Of a stretch of DNA of 64,000 bases, positions 28,994 to 39,070 are shown one piece after another. The DNA lies in the NCBI GenBank assembly GCA_965140585.1, contig OZ223264.1:96001-160000 (forward strand), given 5' to 3'. The translations under genes were made by a program, and so were the position numbers. Within the stretch, counting starts at the first letter, position 1, and each line of letters begins with the position of its first letter. The notes beneath the pieces are model-generated. The model made no database searches. It had not been told where the DNA came from and saw nothing but the letters and a program-made list of their open reading frames with translations. Source of the stretch: Spirochaetia bacterium (GTDB lineage Bacteria; Spirochaetota; Spirochaetia; UBA9216).

Positions 28994-30286
28994 TTATTTG
29001 CAGGTCATTATATCTAGAATGAGTTTATCGGTTTCGGCCATTCCCTGTGATGCGATAACCGCCAGGTTTTTAATGGTTTTTTCGATATCCTTCTCGATTA
29101 TGCCTTCATACTCGGTTACATAAAGATTGTGCACTGCCAGGATTGCCGACTGCATTGCAGCGCTTACAGATGTTGAAACCTTAAGCGCGCAGCCGGCTTT
29201 TGCTCCGTCGCAAATCATTCCAGCAATATTGCCGATCATGTTCTTGATGGTGTGTTTGACGCAGTTGGCATCTCCGCCCATCAGAAAAACTACGCCGGCA
29301 CTCGCTCCTGTTGCCGCTGAAACAGCCCCGCAAAATGCCGAAAGCCGGTCCATAAAGGTTTTCAGGTGTATTGCTACCAGATTTCCCATCAGAAGAGCTC
29401 TTTCAGTTTTTTCTGTGGAAGCTCCCAGCTTTCCTGCCACCGCAGTAATGGGAACAGAAACTGTTATTCCCTGATTACCACTCCCCGAATTGCTCATGAC
29501 CGGCATCATGCTTCCGGCCATTCTTGCGTCAGAAGCCGCTGCGGCGCGTGACATTGCATAGGTGGTGATGTCCTGCTTGATTATGTCTTTGTCGATACAG
29601 TGGACAACTGTCTTCCCTACCTGCAGCCCGTAGCGGCCTTTCAATCCCTCGTCGGCAATTGCATCGTTAAGTGCTGCTCCGTCAAAAATGAACTGAACAG
29701 CCGGACGGATTTTTTCCAGATCACAGCCAGATGCGAACTCGAAAATTTCTTCCACCGTTGTAAGTACTTCATCATGGGCTTCGGTGAATTTCTGAAGTTC
29801 GGCTGTGTTGTCGAGGATGATGTTTTTATCAGCTGCCATGTAGATAAAATTTGTGTGGTGTCCGGCAATGATGACAGACGCCTTATGTTCTCCGGCAATT
29901 GCCACTGCCTCTATATACAGCTTTTCGGGAGTGTCCTTTTTATGAATTGTAACAAAGTCTTTGAATACAAGCTGTTTTGCCTGCTCAACTATAGGTGCTG
30001 AAATACTTTTCAGCACTTCAAGCTCTGCATTGGCATCACCGCCTATTGCTCCAAGGGCTGCTGCAATATGAAGTCCGACAGTGTCTGTGCCGGGGATCCC
30101 GACACCCATTCCGTTTTTGATGATATTACCGCTTGCAAAAATGTCTATTTTTTCGGGCTTTTTTTTCAGCAGTTCGGCGGCTTTTGCCGAAGCAAGAGCG
30201 ACTGCAATTGGTTCGGTGCAGCCGAGTGCCGGTTTTACTTCTTTCTGAAGAAGTCCTATAAGTATGTCGGTTTTATTGCTGTTCAT
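28994..30286 (-). CDS. L-cysteine desulfidase (CyuA/YhaM, UPF0597 family)
   Basis: PALGCTEP, SNSGSGNQG, LSAFCG and ICDGAKAGCALK motifs. Confidence 0.88.
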   Translation of the reverse strand: MNSNKTDILIGLLQKEVKPALGCTEPIAVALASAKAAELLKKKPEKIDIFASGNIIKNGMGVGIPGTDTVGLHIAAALGAIGGDANAELEVLKSISAPIVEQAKQLVFKDFVTIHKKDTPEKLYIEAVAIAGEHKASVIIAGHHTNFIYMAADKNIILDNTAELQKFTEAHDEVLTTVEEIFEFASGCDLEKIRPAVQFIFDGAALNDAIADEGLKGRYGLQVGKTVVHCIDKDIIKQDITTYAMSRAAAASDARMAGSMMPVMSNSGSGNQGITVSVPITAVAGKLGASTEKTERALLMGNLVAIHLKTFMDRLSAFCGAVSAATGASAGVVFLMGGDANCVKHTIKNMIGNIAGMICDGAKAGCALKVSTSVSAAMQSAILAVHNLYVTEYEGIIEKDIEKTIKNLAVIASQGMAETDKLILDIMTCK

Positions 30287-31545
30287 TGTTCAGCCTTTGT
30301 AAGAGGGATTAGAATATTAACTTTAACATAGGGGTCTGATTTTTCAAGGGTGTGCATTACAACATTCTGGGCATGAATTTCGGAATTCATCTTTTTAAGC
30401 ATCTCTCTGGCAACATATAAGCCTATTCCCTGACTCCATTCCTCTTCGGGTATTCTTGTCGGGAATTTATCTATTGTATAAAAAAGGTCAAAGACATTCT
30501 CTGAATATTCATATGGAATTCCTGTTACCTTTTTTCCTTTTGCATCGGCACTTGAAGCCTCAACCGGGTTGTTCCAGAACGAAATATCGAGAAAATATTT
30601 ATCCTTGATTGAATTCACATCAAAGAAGATTATAATCTTGGAATTTTCCGGTGAATATTTTATGGAATTAAAAAGCAGCTCTCTGCATATCCGAAACAGA
30701 TTATCCTTATTGATGCTGAGAATGTAATCTTTTTTAGAACTGTTGGTGTTCAGGGAAATTCGTTTTTTGTATTTTGCCGCGACAGGAATGCCCTGAAGTT
30801 CATACTCGGTTTTGAAATTATCAAGAAATGTATTCAGGCTGATGTTTTCAATCGGGAATTCCGCGCTCATCAGTGTGTTGATATATGTCAGATCGTAGAT
30901 GATTTTTTGAATGTATTCTGCCGATTCCGTAATAAGGTTAAGCAGTGATTTACTCATCATCATTGAATCCTGTTCTGAATCGGAATCAGAGAGTTCCTGC
31001 TTAAGCAGATCCAGCCATACAAAACCTCCGGCATGTTCAATATTTCTTGAAAGAAAATTTAAAAGGCGGTTTGCCTGTGTAGATTCCTTTCCGCTGTAAA
31101 GTTCTTTCCATGAGACAATGCTTTCTTTTTGTTTCTTTTCAATAATCTCATCTTCACGGATTTTCTGCAGCAGAAGCTCCCGTTTTTTTTCACTGATAAG
31201 CCTCTCAATCTTGGGGAAGAGAGTTCCGACTTTGATTGGTTTTTTCAGATAGTCATCAGCCCCGAGCTTCATAAGTTCAATTACTGTATCAAGATCATCG
31301 TTGGCTGTAAGGAAGATAAAGGGGATGTCCGGTTTCATTTTTTTTACTTTTGAGTAAAAAACCTGTCCGTTCATAACCGGCATCATCAGATCTGATATTA
31401 TCAGATCGTAGTGTTCATTCTCTATTGAGTTTACTGCATCAATTCCGCTGCTGAAACAATTGAGGTCATATCTATCTTCCGGAAGAAGTGTTTTAAGGAG
31501 TGTGAGAATAATCTCATCATCGTCGAGGGCTAGTATCTTGTTCAT
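30283..31545 (-). CDS. Receiver domain fused to a divergent histidine-kinase-like domain
   Basis: LDDDE, SDLMMP and YLKKP receiver motifs; ELLFNSIKYS and GIGLYVA HATPase boxes; no canonical H-box. Confidence 0.8.
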   Translation of the reverse strand: MNKILALDDDEIILTLLKTLLPEDRYDLNCFSSGIDAVNSIENEHYDLIISDLMMPVMNGQVFYSKVKKMKPDIPFIFLTANDDLDTVIELMKLGADDYLKKPIKVGTLFPKIERLISEKKRELLLQKIREDEIIEKKQKESIVSWKELYSGKESTQANRLLNFLSRNIEHAGGFVWLDLLKQELSDSDSEQDSMMMSKSLLNLITESAEYIQKIIYDLTYINTLMSAEFPIENISLNTFLDNFKTEYELQGIPVAAKYKKRISLNTNSSKKDYILSINKDNLFRICRELLFNSIKYSPENSKIIIFFDVNSIKDKYFLDISFWNNPVEASSADAKGKKVTGIPYEYSENVFDLFYTIDKFPTRIPEEEWSQGIGLYVAREMLKKMNSEIHAQNVVMHTLEKSDPYVKVNILIPLTKAEQ

Positions 31546-31606
31546 AAAGGCTTATTTTATATTCAGATTCAGATATTTACAATCCAAGATTACAATCAGT
31601 GACTAT

Positions 31607-31640
31607 AAAAAGGAACATCCGGGCCTCTGCCGGATGTTCC
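31607..31640 (-). terminator. Rho-independent terminator of the NitT/TauT ABC operon
   Basis: GGAACATCCGG...CCGGATGTTCC 11-bp stem followed by TTTTT on the minus strand. Confidence 0.8.
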
Positions 31641-31738
31641 AGGTTGATCCATGTGTTATGCAAAACAGTTTTTTAAATGTAAATGGAATAGCCGTCGTGG
31701 ACGGCTGCGCCAAATGAAGCGTTAAGGAGTTTTCTTAA

Positions 31739-32839
31739 CTAGTCGAGTTTATATACAAGAACCAGCCCTGATCTCTGGAAGACCTGTGCTACTTCAATGA
31801 GATCCATACCGCCGGCATTTGCCGCAATAAGGTTTGAAACCCATGTTACACCGAAGTCAACCTGACCGGTATAAACAGCAGTTGTTTCGCCAATGTCGCC
31901 GCCTCCGGGGATTACAGTTACATCAAGACCGACTTCACTGTAGTAGCCCTTGTCGAGTGCAACGTAGTAACCCATGAACTGAGCCTGGGGAAGCCATTTA
32001 AGCTGAATACTTACTTCTGTTTTTTCCGGGCTGAATGTTCCGTCGGAAGCTATTGCTGCTTCCCAGTATGAGCTGTCAGCAAGATCCTCTGCAGAAAGAC
32101 CTGCAAGTGCCTCAGCAGCTACAGAGTCATCGAGTTTAATATATGTTTTTGCAAGTTCAAGGGTCTGTGCAAGAGCAGAGTCAACAATCTTACCGTACTC
32201 GGTTACAGTTGCGCCTGCAGTGTCGGTTTCAACCAGTTTCTTAACTTCTGATGCCATGTAGGCCTGGTGTTCGGCTGAAACTGAAGAACCGTAGTTGAAT
32301 ACGATCTCTGCTGCTTCTTCAACATTATTTACCGCATATTCCCAGCCCTTCATTGAAGCGTAGATAAATGCTTTTACTGTCTCAGGATTTGCTGCTGCGA
32401 ATTCGGCGGTTGTGAAGATATTGTCTTCAAGCATTGCAACGCCTTCGTCATTCATGTCGATGTATGAAACAGTGTCTCCGTATCCGTAACCGCCTGCATA
32501 GCTGTTTTTAACAAGACCAAGCTCATTGTAGGTCATTGCTGATGCAAGCAGGATTGAATCGTCATCAAATCCGTCCATATCAAAAGCCTGGCTGAGATAT
32601 GTAGTAGGCTGACCGTACTTTGAAAGCAGTGCCTGGATTTCGTATTCGTTACCAAGACCCCAGTTACCAACCTGGCCCTTGCCGGCTGCGTCTACAACGA
32701 TGCTTTCAACTGATGCATCTGCTGAATAATAGGAGCTTCCCTCTTCAGATTCCTGGCTTCCTGAAGCGAAGAGCGGTGATGCGGCCATTACGCTGATTAA
32801 GAGTAAAGACCCGATTGTAAGTAAATTAAACCTTTTCAT
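31739..32839 (-). CDS. NMT1/Thi5-like ABC substrate-binding protein (apparently circularly permuted)
   Basis: The block QLKWLPQAQFMGYYVALDKGYY..VGLDV is at the C-terminus, while VGNWGLGNEYE is near the N-terminus; GGAGG RBS. Confidence 0.85.
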   Translation of the reverse strand: MKRFNLLTIGSLLLISVMAASPLFASGSQESEEGSSYYSADASVESIVVDAAGKGQVGNWGLGNEYEIQALLSKYGQPTTYLSQAFDMDGFDDDSILLASAMTYNELGLVKNSYAGGYGYGDTVSYIDMNDEGVAMLEDNIFTTAEFAAANPETVKAFIYASMKGWEYAVNNVEEAAEIVFNYGSSVSAEHQAYMASEVKKLVETDTAGATVTEYGKIVDSALAQTLELAKTYIKLDDSVAAEALAGLSAEDLADSSYWEAAIASDGTFSPEKTEVSIQLKWLPQAQFMGYYVALDKGYYSEVGLDVTVIPGGGDIGETTAVYTGQVDFGVTWVSNLIAANAGGMDLIEVAQVFQRSGLVLVYKLD

Positions 32840-32893
32840 GTAAATCCTCCGTCATGAATAATTGGGTTTATTATTTCAGTTGAAAAACTCCAG

Positions 32894-33703
32894 TTACCGG
32901 CGTCCTTTCAACAAAATATTCTCAAGAAGAAGCAGCAGAATATACATGGTTACACCAATGCCGAATGCTGCCGTTATATACGCCCAGGCTGTTGAGTACT
33001 GGGCAAGAACTATGTTTTCACGAATTTGCCGTCCTACACCGATGATGTATTCGGCAAAGTATTCGCTGACCATTGCACTGATAATACTTCCGGGAACGCT
33101 TACCCGGAGTGCTGTAAAAATATACGGAACACTGTTGGGAACCCTCAGTTTAAGAAATATAGTCATCCTGTTTGCTGCAATTGAATGCATCAGGTCCTCT
33201 GAAAAAGGCTTGAGTTCAGAGAATCCCCTGAATGCATTGATGCTCATCGCCACTGTACAGGTAATCATTACGACAAGCATCTTGGCCAGCATACTGCGGA
33301 TATTGGGGTCGCGGCTGAAATCCTTTGTCAGGTTTGTCATAATCGGTGCTATTGCGATAATGGGGATGGCATTGAAAGCTGATACTATTGTGAGTCCGCC
33401 GGCGCCCCACTTGGGAAATGCTGTAGCAATGATTGCAAGCAGGTATCCGAGAACCGAGCCCATCAGCAGTCCGCCAAGGGCGACAGTAACTGTAGCCTTA
33501 ACATTTTTAAGGATAGAACCGGCGTTGTCTGCGATGATATTTGCAATTCGCCCGGGAAGGGGGAGTGTGAAAGTATCTGCCCCTAGGATCTTGTGCAGGG
33601 CTTCGGTCTGCCAGAGCATTATCACGAATAGTCCAAACACTACGGGAAAGAAAATGGTTGTAAATTTGTCCTTGTTGAATTTCAGTGTATTATTTCTGCT
33701 CAT
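32894..33703 (-). CDS. NitT/TauT family ABC permease
   Basis: AIPIIAIAP and LRVPNSVPYIFTALRV (EAA region) motifs. Confidence 0.88.
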   Translation of the reverse strand: MSRNNTLKFNKDKFTTIFFPVVFGLFVIMLWQTEALHKILGADTFTLPLPGRIANIIADNAGSILKNVKATVTVALGGLLMGSVLGYLLAIIATAFPKWGAGGLTIVSAFNAIPIIAIAPIMTNLTKDFSRDPNIRSMLAKMLVVMITCTVAMSINAFRGFSELKPFSEDLMHSIAANRMTIFLKLRVPNSVPYIFTALRVSVPGSIISAMVSEYFAEYIIGVGRQIRENIVLAQYSTAWAYITAAFGIGVTMYILLLLLENILLKGRR

Positions 33704-33715
33704 ATTTCTTTCCTG

Positions 33716-34528
33716 TTAACCTGCTGCCCGTTTGCCCGGTGATACTATTTTTTCAAGCAGCGACATAAGCTGATAACTGAGTATTCCGATTATTGCGCTG
33801 ACAAATACTATCTGCCAGAAAACATAGATGCTCATGGCATGTTTTAGCGACTGTGACAGCATTGTTCCCAGTCCGCCGCCGCCCTGAAGTGTATCTACAA
33901 GTATTGATGCGGTAATGGCAAATGGTGCAGCAATCTTTAGTCCTGTGAAAAAGTAGGGAAGGCAGGACGGCAGCAGCAGCTTGGTGTAGATGTGAATCTG
34001 CGACGCGGCTATCGAGTGCATGAGTTCGTGCTTTTCCTTTTCGACAGCTTTCAACCCGGCGAGGGTATTTGTTGCAACAGGATAGAATGTAAGTATTGCT
34101 GCAATAACTATCCGGCTTTTATCAATATCCTTTGTAATGGCAAGTACAATCGGAGCCATTCCCAGAATCGGAATCATCTGGATCATCATCAGATACGGGA
34201 AGGCTGTCTTTTCAATTGGAACAAACATTCTCATTAAAAGCGCCAGGGCAAAACCCACAGCGATTCCGATCAGAAAGCCTATTCCGGCACGGTATAGGGT
34301 GATTCCTGCATTGCTCATTACCAGCTGCAGGGCTGTCTGCTTGTTTGCAACCAACGCTGAACTGAAAACCGATTCAATAATCTGATAAAGATGGGGCAGT
34401 ACATTCTCGGGGGTTCTTTTTGAGCCCGCAATGAATGTTGCTCCGATTTCCCAGAGACCTACAAGCCCGAGGCCCCATACAAGCGTTACCAGCTTACTCT
34501 GGTGTTTTGATTGTTTTACTCCGGCCAC
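33716..34528 (-). CDS. NitT/TauT family ABC permease
   Basis: QMIPILGMAP and LPSCLPYFFTGLKI motifs. Confidence 0.88.
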   Translation of the reverse strand: MAGVKQSKHQSKLVTLVWGLGLVGLWEIGATFIAGSKRTPENVLPHLYQIIESVFSSALVANKQTALQLVMSNAGITLYRAGIGFLIGIAVGFALALLMRMFVPIEKTAFPYLMMIQMIPILGMAPIVLAITKDIDKSRIVIAAILTFYPVATNTLAGLKAVEKEKHELMHSIAASQIHIYTKLLLPSCLPYFFTGLKIAAPFAITASILVDTLQGGGGLGTMLSQSLKHAMSIYVFWQIVFVSAIIGILSYQLMSLLEKIVSPGKRAAG

Positions 34529-34530
34529 TG

Positions 34531-35310
34531 CTAGACTCCCTCAAAACTGTGGCGGACTTTGGTAACAAGCTTTGCAAACTCAGGATTATCTTTGGAGTCA
34601 AGGTTTCTCGGCCTGGGGATATCAATACCGACCACAGCCGAAACTCTGCCTGGGTGGGGTGAAAGAACTACAACCCTGTCCGAAAGAAATACTGATTCCT
34701 GAATATTGTGAGTAACGAAAAGTATAGTCTTATTGGTTTTCTGCCATATTCTCAGAAGATCCATGTGCAGCTTTTCTTTTGTGAATTCATCAAGTGCAGA
34801 GAACGGTTCATCCATAAGAAGTATTTCCGGATCAATAGCAAGCGCACGTGCAATTCCTACTCTCTGCTGCATTCCACCGCTGAGCTGGTGGGGATATTTG
34901 TCGCCGAATTCGGTTAATCCTACAAGTTCCAGAGTTTCTTCGATCCTTCGATGGCGCTCTGCTTTAGGTATGCCTATAACCTCCATAGGCATGGAAATAT
35001 TTTTTCTGACAGTCCTCCATTCAAAGAGAACCGGGCTCTGGAAGACAAAACCGTACTTCTGGCGCTGTCTAACTTCACTTGGAGTCATCCCTTTCACTGA
35101 GATGATTCCTGAACTTGGTGGCTGAAGATCTGCTATTGAGCGAAGCAGGGTTGTTTTACCGCAGCCTGATGGGCCTACGAGTGAGACAAACTGTCCTTCT
35201 TTGATGTCAAGATTAATGTCGGTAAGCGCATGTACCTCACCGGTTCCGTCCTGATCTGGAAAAGTAACACATAAGCCCAATATTTTAATTTCTGTATCAT
35301 TAGTCTGCAT
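34531..35310 (-). CDS. NitT/TauT family ABC ATP-binding protein
   Basis: GPSGCGKTT, LSGGMQQR, LMDEPFSALD and VTHN motifs. Confidence 0.95.
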   Translation of the reverse strand: MQTNDTEIKILGLCVTFPDQDGTGEVHALTDINLDIKEGQFVSLVGPSGCGKTTLLRSIADLQPPSSGIISVKGMTPSEVRQRQKYGFVFQSPVLFEWRTVRKNISMPMEVIGIPKAERHRRIEETLELVGLTEFGDKYPHQLSGGMQQRVGIARALAIDPEILLMDEPFSALDEFTKEKLHMDLLRIWQKTNKTILFVTHNIQESVFLSDRVVVLSPHPGRVSAVVGIDIPRPRNLDSKDNPEFAKLVTKVRHSFEGV

Positions 35311-35322
35311 ATGGGGATATAA

Positions 35323-35339
35323 TGCAAATTACATGCCAA
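35323..35339 (-). promoter_or_regulatory. Sigma54 (-24/-12) promoter
   Basis: The minus strand reads TTGGCATGTAATTTGCA, i.e. GG-N10-GC, matching TGGCAC-N5-TTGCW. Confidence 0.75.
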
Positions 35340-35465
35340 AAATTCCTGACTTCTATAGTAAGGATGAAATTCGCTGTGTTTAATGAAAAATATAGTGCTA
35401 ATCGTGACGATTAAGTGTGATTTCGAAGGGAAAAATGACTTTTAACAAAAATGTAAAAAACAAAA

Positions 35466-35505
35466 TTGAATGATAAAGCTACATTAATGTAACTTTATCA
35501 TTCAA
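35466..35505. repeat. 40-bp near-perfect AT-rich palindrome (purU terminator and/or activator site)
   Basis: TTGAATGATAAAGCTACATT/AATGTAACTTTATCATTCAA with one mismatch; followed by a T-rich tract on the minus strand. Confidence 0.7.
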
Positions 35506-35572
35506 ATAAAACAAAATTGTAGGTTGATCGAGAAAGTATCAAAACCAGCCGGCTTTGATACACGTTCAGGTT

Positions 35573-36409
35573 TTATTTAAAAATTATTGTGTGATTATTT
35601 GAAACAAAAACCCTGTCATCAAAAACCATTTCCATTGCCTTTGCAAGAACAGCTTTTTCTACATCGCGGCCGGCCCGTGCCAGAGCTTCAGCATTCTGCT
35701 TATGTGTAATGTTAATAACGTTCTGCTCAATTATCGGCCCGTCATCAAGATCCTGGTTTACAAAGTGGGCTGTTGCTCCGATGATCTTTACTCCGCGTTC
35801 ATATGCCTGCCGATAGGGGTTTGCTCCGATGAATGCCGGAAGGAATGAATGGTGAATATTGATAATTTGATCAAGGTAATGATCAGTGAATGATGAGGAA
35901 AGGATTCTCATATATTTTGCCAGTACAATATATTCGGGACTGTACTGATCAATAATGTTTATTATCTTCCTCTCGTGTTCTTCCCTGCTGATGTTTTCAT
36001 GGCTGATATAATGATAGGGAACACCCATTTTTTCAGTAAATTCTCTTAGTGAATCATAATTGCTGATTACAGCCAGAATATTTGCGTTTATATTGTTGAA
36101 AAAATGTCTTACAAGAATATCACCAAGGCAGTGGTGTTCCTTAGTTGCCATGACAATTATATTCTTTTTTCTTTTTCCGTGAAGTTTAATGTCCGCTTCT
36201 TCACCGAGTGCTGCTTTAAGATCGTCGTACATGACTCCGGAATCAAAGGTTCCGTTAAACTCTGTTCTCATAAAAAAACGTGAAGCATCGCTGTCGGTAT
36301 ACTGATCGCTTTCAACAACATTAACGTTATGATTCAGCAGAATATGAGTAATATCATGTACCAGGCCCTTTCTGTCTGGACAGTCAATTTTAAGTGTATG
36401 CTTGTTCAT
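35573..36409 (-). CDS. purU: Formyltetrahydrofolate deformylase
   Basis: N-terminal ACT domain; LAKYMRIL, INIHHSFLPAFIGANPY and GATAHFV..LDDGPII motifs. Confidence 0.95.
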   Translation of the reverse strand: MNKHTLKIDCPDRKGLVHDITHILLNHNVNVVESDQYTDSDASRFFMRTEFNGTFDSGVMYDDLKAALGEEADIKLHGKRKKNIIVMATKEHHCLGDILVRHFFNNINANILAVISNYDSLREFTEKMGVPYHYISHENISREEHERKIINIIDQYSPEYIVLAKYMRILSSSFTDHYLDQIINIHHSFLPAFIGANPYRQAYERGVKIIGATAHFVNQDLDDGPIIEQNVINITHKQNAEALARAGRDVEKAVLAKAMEMVFDDRVFVSNNHTIIFK

Positions 36410-36681
36410 ATCTTTCTTTCCTTAAACTAATGAGTAATTCATTGGGTATTTCTTTTGAATAAAAATGGAAATATCCGAAGTAGCTGATCTGCTTAAACTT
36501 AACATAGAAAGATTTTTTTTAAAATACCGCTTAACCCAAATCGTCAATATTTACTTTTCAGAAAGTTTTAAATATAATTTCGTCAACATTGTCCCTATTC
36601 TTCTATACTTAGCTTTTAAATAAATCTCTATAATCAAAGTAAATAGAAGTAACCGGAAAACATTTTTTAGAGAGGCTTTTA

Positions 36682-38541
36682 ATGAAAAGCTACGGCAAAT
36701 CATATTTAATAAATACCCTGTTTTTCGGGATCTTGGGTTTTATTGCAGATGGGGTAAATTGCGGAATTTTCAATTCGAACGAAGTGCCCTTTTTTACATC
36801 TTTTCTCAGGACAATGCTGATTGGTTTTCCTTTTTTTATTCCGGCAATCGGAATCCTTGTTGGTCTTAAAAGAAGCTACAAACATGATTTTTCAAATCAA
36901 GATGAAAAAGAAACACTTAATGCACTTTTCAAAACGGGTAAACTGCCGCTTATTTCAATGGTTGTATTTACTTTCTTTTTAATCTTGTACGTAATTTTAA
37001 TTTATAAAATGAGGACCTGGCTCGGCCTTTACGAGGGACTTGAGCTTACTGTAGCTGTTCTTTGTTTTTCATGGGGAATGCTGGCTGCCGCAGGCGTATA
37101 CATAGGAACGGATAGAATCAATGTGAATTATCTTACCAGTCTTGATTTGTACCGCTATCCAAGTATGCTTCGCGAAGATCGACAGTCGCTGAAGATGATA
37201 ATTATACCGCTTATAACAGCCTTGCTTGGTTTAACCTATACATTTGGTCTGGGTGGCAGTCTTCTTGTTAAATACAGAACATTCGCCGAGATTCCCCATA
37301 ACTCATTTATTTTTGCAGGGGTATGTCTTGTTATCTATTTCTTTTTGATAATTTTATTAGCCAAAATCTGCAGTGACAACCATAAACTTGTTTTTAAAAC
37401 TGTGATTGAACAGCTCGATCAGCTTTCTTCAGGGGACAAAGATCTTGCGAAGAGGATCAGCATTGGTTCGATTGATGAAGTAGCGTCTATCTCCGGACTG
37501 ATAAATATTTTTGTAGAAAAACTTGCAGAAAGTATAGATACAATCAAGAAGGCTCAGATTGAATTGAGAACCCTGGGTGAGCAGCTTGGTAAGAATGCAA
37601 ATGAGGCTGAATTGGATGTCTCAGATATTTCCAGTCATATCGATACGATGAAGACTCAGACTGAAGCTCAGTCGGCGAGCATCCTTGAAACTTCAGGCGC
37701 GGTAGAGGAAATCGGTATGATCATTAATAACATGAACAAACTGATAACCGAACAAAGTTCAAGTATAAGCGAATCTTCCTCAGCTATAGAGCAAATGGCA
37801 GGCAACATTGTTTCGATTAATAATTCCATGTCAGTTATGGCTGATGAGTTCCGGGATCTTTCAGAGACCTCGGTTAAAGGTCTATCTATTCAGGATGAAA
37901 CCTACAAACGGACATCGGATATCTCCAAAAAATCACAGGACCTTCAGGTAGCCAATCAGGTAATCGCAGATATTGCGGCGCAGACAAACCTTCTTGCCAT
38001 GAACGCGGCAATAGAGGCTGCGCATGCCGGCGAATCAGGCCGCGGATTTGCTGTAGTTGCAGCTGAAATCAGAAAGCTGGCGGAGCATTCGGCGCAGAAC
38101 TCTAAATCAATAAGTGCAATTCTTGGAGAGGTTCAGGCCGGTATTCAGAAGGTTGTTGATTCATCAATGTCCTCAAAGCAGATCTTCAGCACTGTTGCAG
38201 AGAAAATCGGTTCAACCGACAGTCTGGTAAATGAAATTAATCAGACTATGAAGGAACAGAAGGAAGGAACCCGGCAGATTCTCAGCTCTCTCGATAAAAT
38301 GAATGATATTACTTCACAGGTTCAGAGCGGGGCTTCTGAGATGCGGAGCGGCAGTGAGACTATTGTGAAGGAGATGTCCAGTCTGAATGAGCATACTGAG
38401 GAAATGCGCTCAAATATGGAAGCAATAGTCAGGGGTATCAAAAATGTTAATCAGAGTGTTGATGCTGTATCCAATATCGCTGTCGTAACTGCCAGATCTA
38501 TTGAACATATATCCGATGCTGTAGGAGTCTTTAAGACTTAA
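36682..38541 (+). CDS. Methyl-accepting chemotaxis protein with multi-TM N-terminus
   Basis: [35 protein letters not shown] signalling tip; HAMP region; about 6 TMs. Confidence 0.95.
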   Translation: MKSYGKSYLINTLFFGILGFIADGVNCGIFNSNEVPFFTSFLRTMLIGFPFFIPAIGILVGLKRSYKHDFSNQDEKETLNALFKTGKLPLISMVVFTFFLILYVILIYKMRTWLGLYEGLELTVAVLCFSWGMLAAAGVYIGTDRINVNYLTSLDLYRYPSMLREDRQSLKMIIIPLITALLGLTYTFGLGGSLLVKYRTFAEIPHNSFIFAGVCLVIYFFLIILLAKICSDNHKLVFKTVIEQLDQLSSGDKDLAKRISIGSIDEVASISGLINIFVEKLAESIDTIKKAQIELRTLGEQLGKNANEAELDVSDISSHIDTMKTQTEAQSASILETSGAVEEIGMIINNMNKLITEQSSSISESSSAIEQMAGNIVSINNSMSVMADEFRDLSETSVKGLSIQDETYKRTSDISKKSQDLQVANQVIADIAAQTNLLAMNAAIEAAHAGESGRGFAVVAAEIRKLAEHSAQNSKSISAILGEVQAGIQKVVDSSMSSKQIFSTVAEKIGSTDSLVNEINQTMKEQKEGTRQILSSLDKMNDITSQVQSGASEMRSGSETIVKEMSSLNEHTEEMRSNMEAIVRGIKNVNQSVDAVSNIAVVTARSIEHISDAVGVFKT

Positions 38542-39070
38542 GCTCTATTTCCAGAGAGCAGTTATATTCATAGAATCTGTCAATAAGGCGGCGCTGTTCC
38601 GAGGTGATGTTAACCATCATTTCTGATTTTATATGTTTTACCGCTTCATCCGCTGTGACTCTGTCTATTGCTATTATTATGCATGCAACGGCGAGCGATG
38701 TTCTTCCGACACCCGCATGACAATGAACAATAATCCGTTCTCTTTTTTGCAGCCTTTGCTTTGCCTCAAGAACCAGACTTTTGACCACATCAAGTGACGG
38801 TGCCTGAAAGTCGGGTATTATATACCTCGAATAAGTGATTCCGAGTTTAGTATATTCCTTAAAAAGATCCTTTCTTGCCTTGTTCTGAATTTCACTGTCG
38901 GTTACAAGACTGAAAACGTGATCAACATGGTGATGTTTGTAAAGCTTTAAGAGTGAGCCCGGATCATATGCTCCTGACGGCATGGGGCTTACAAACAGCC
39001 TACCTGCAGTATTCAGGGGAATCTGTCGAAAGATTCCCGAATCTCTGTTTTTGTTTATGAAATTCAGCAT
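38531..39070 (-). CDS. Dual-specificity/tyrosine protein phosphatase
   Basis: IPDFQAP loop and HCHAGVGRT (CX5R) motif. Confidence 0.88.
   Translation of the reverse strand: MLNFINKNRDSGIFRQIPLNTAGRLFVSPMPSGAYDPGSLLKLYKHHHVDHVFSLVTDSEIQNKARKDLFKEYTKLGITYSRYIIPDFQAPSLDVVKSLVLEAKQRLQKRERIIVHCHAGVGRTSLAVACIIIAIDRVTADEAVKHIKSEMMVNITSEQRRLIDRFYEYNCSLEIELKS

Noticed and set aside
31680-31740. Two extra small hairpins in the 3' UTR of the permuted SBP as a possible ncRNA or riboswitch
   Set aside because: The stems are short and match no RNA family I can recognise; mRNA stabilisation is a sufficient explanation.
32862-33719. 285-aa plus-strand ORF
   Set aside because: It is the antisense shadow of the ABC permease at 32894-33703, with no motifs or RBS. 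The same applies to the many short ORFs overlapping genes throughout the window.
36410-36680. Possible ZTP or THF riboswitch upstream of purU
   Set aside because: The region is an AT-rich divergent promoter region with no recognisable aptamer consensus.
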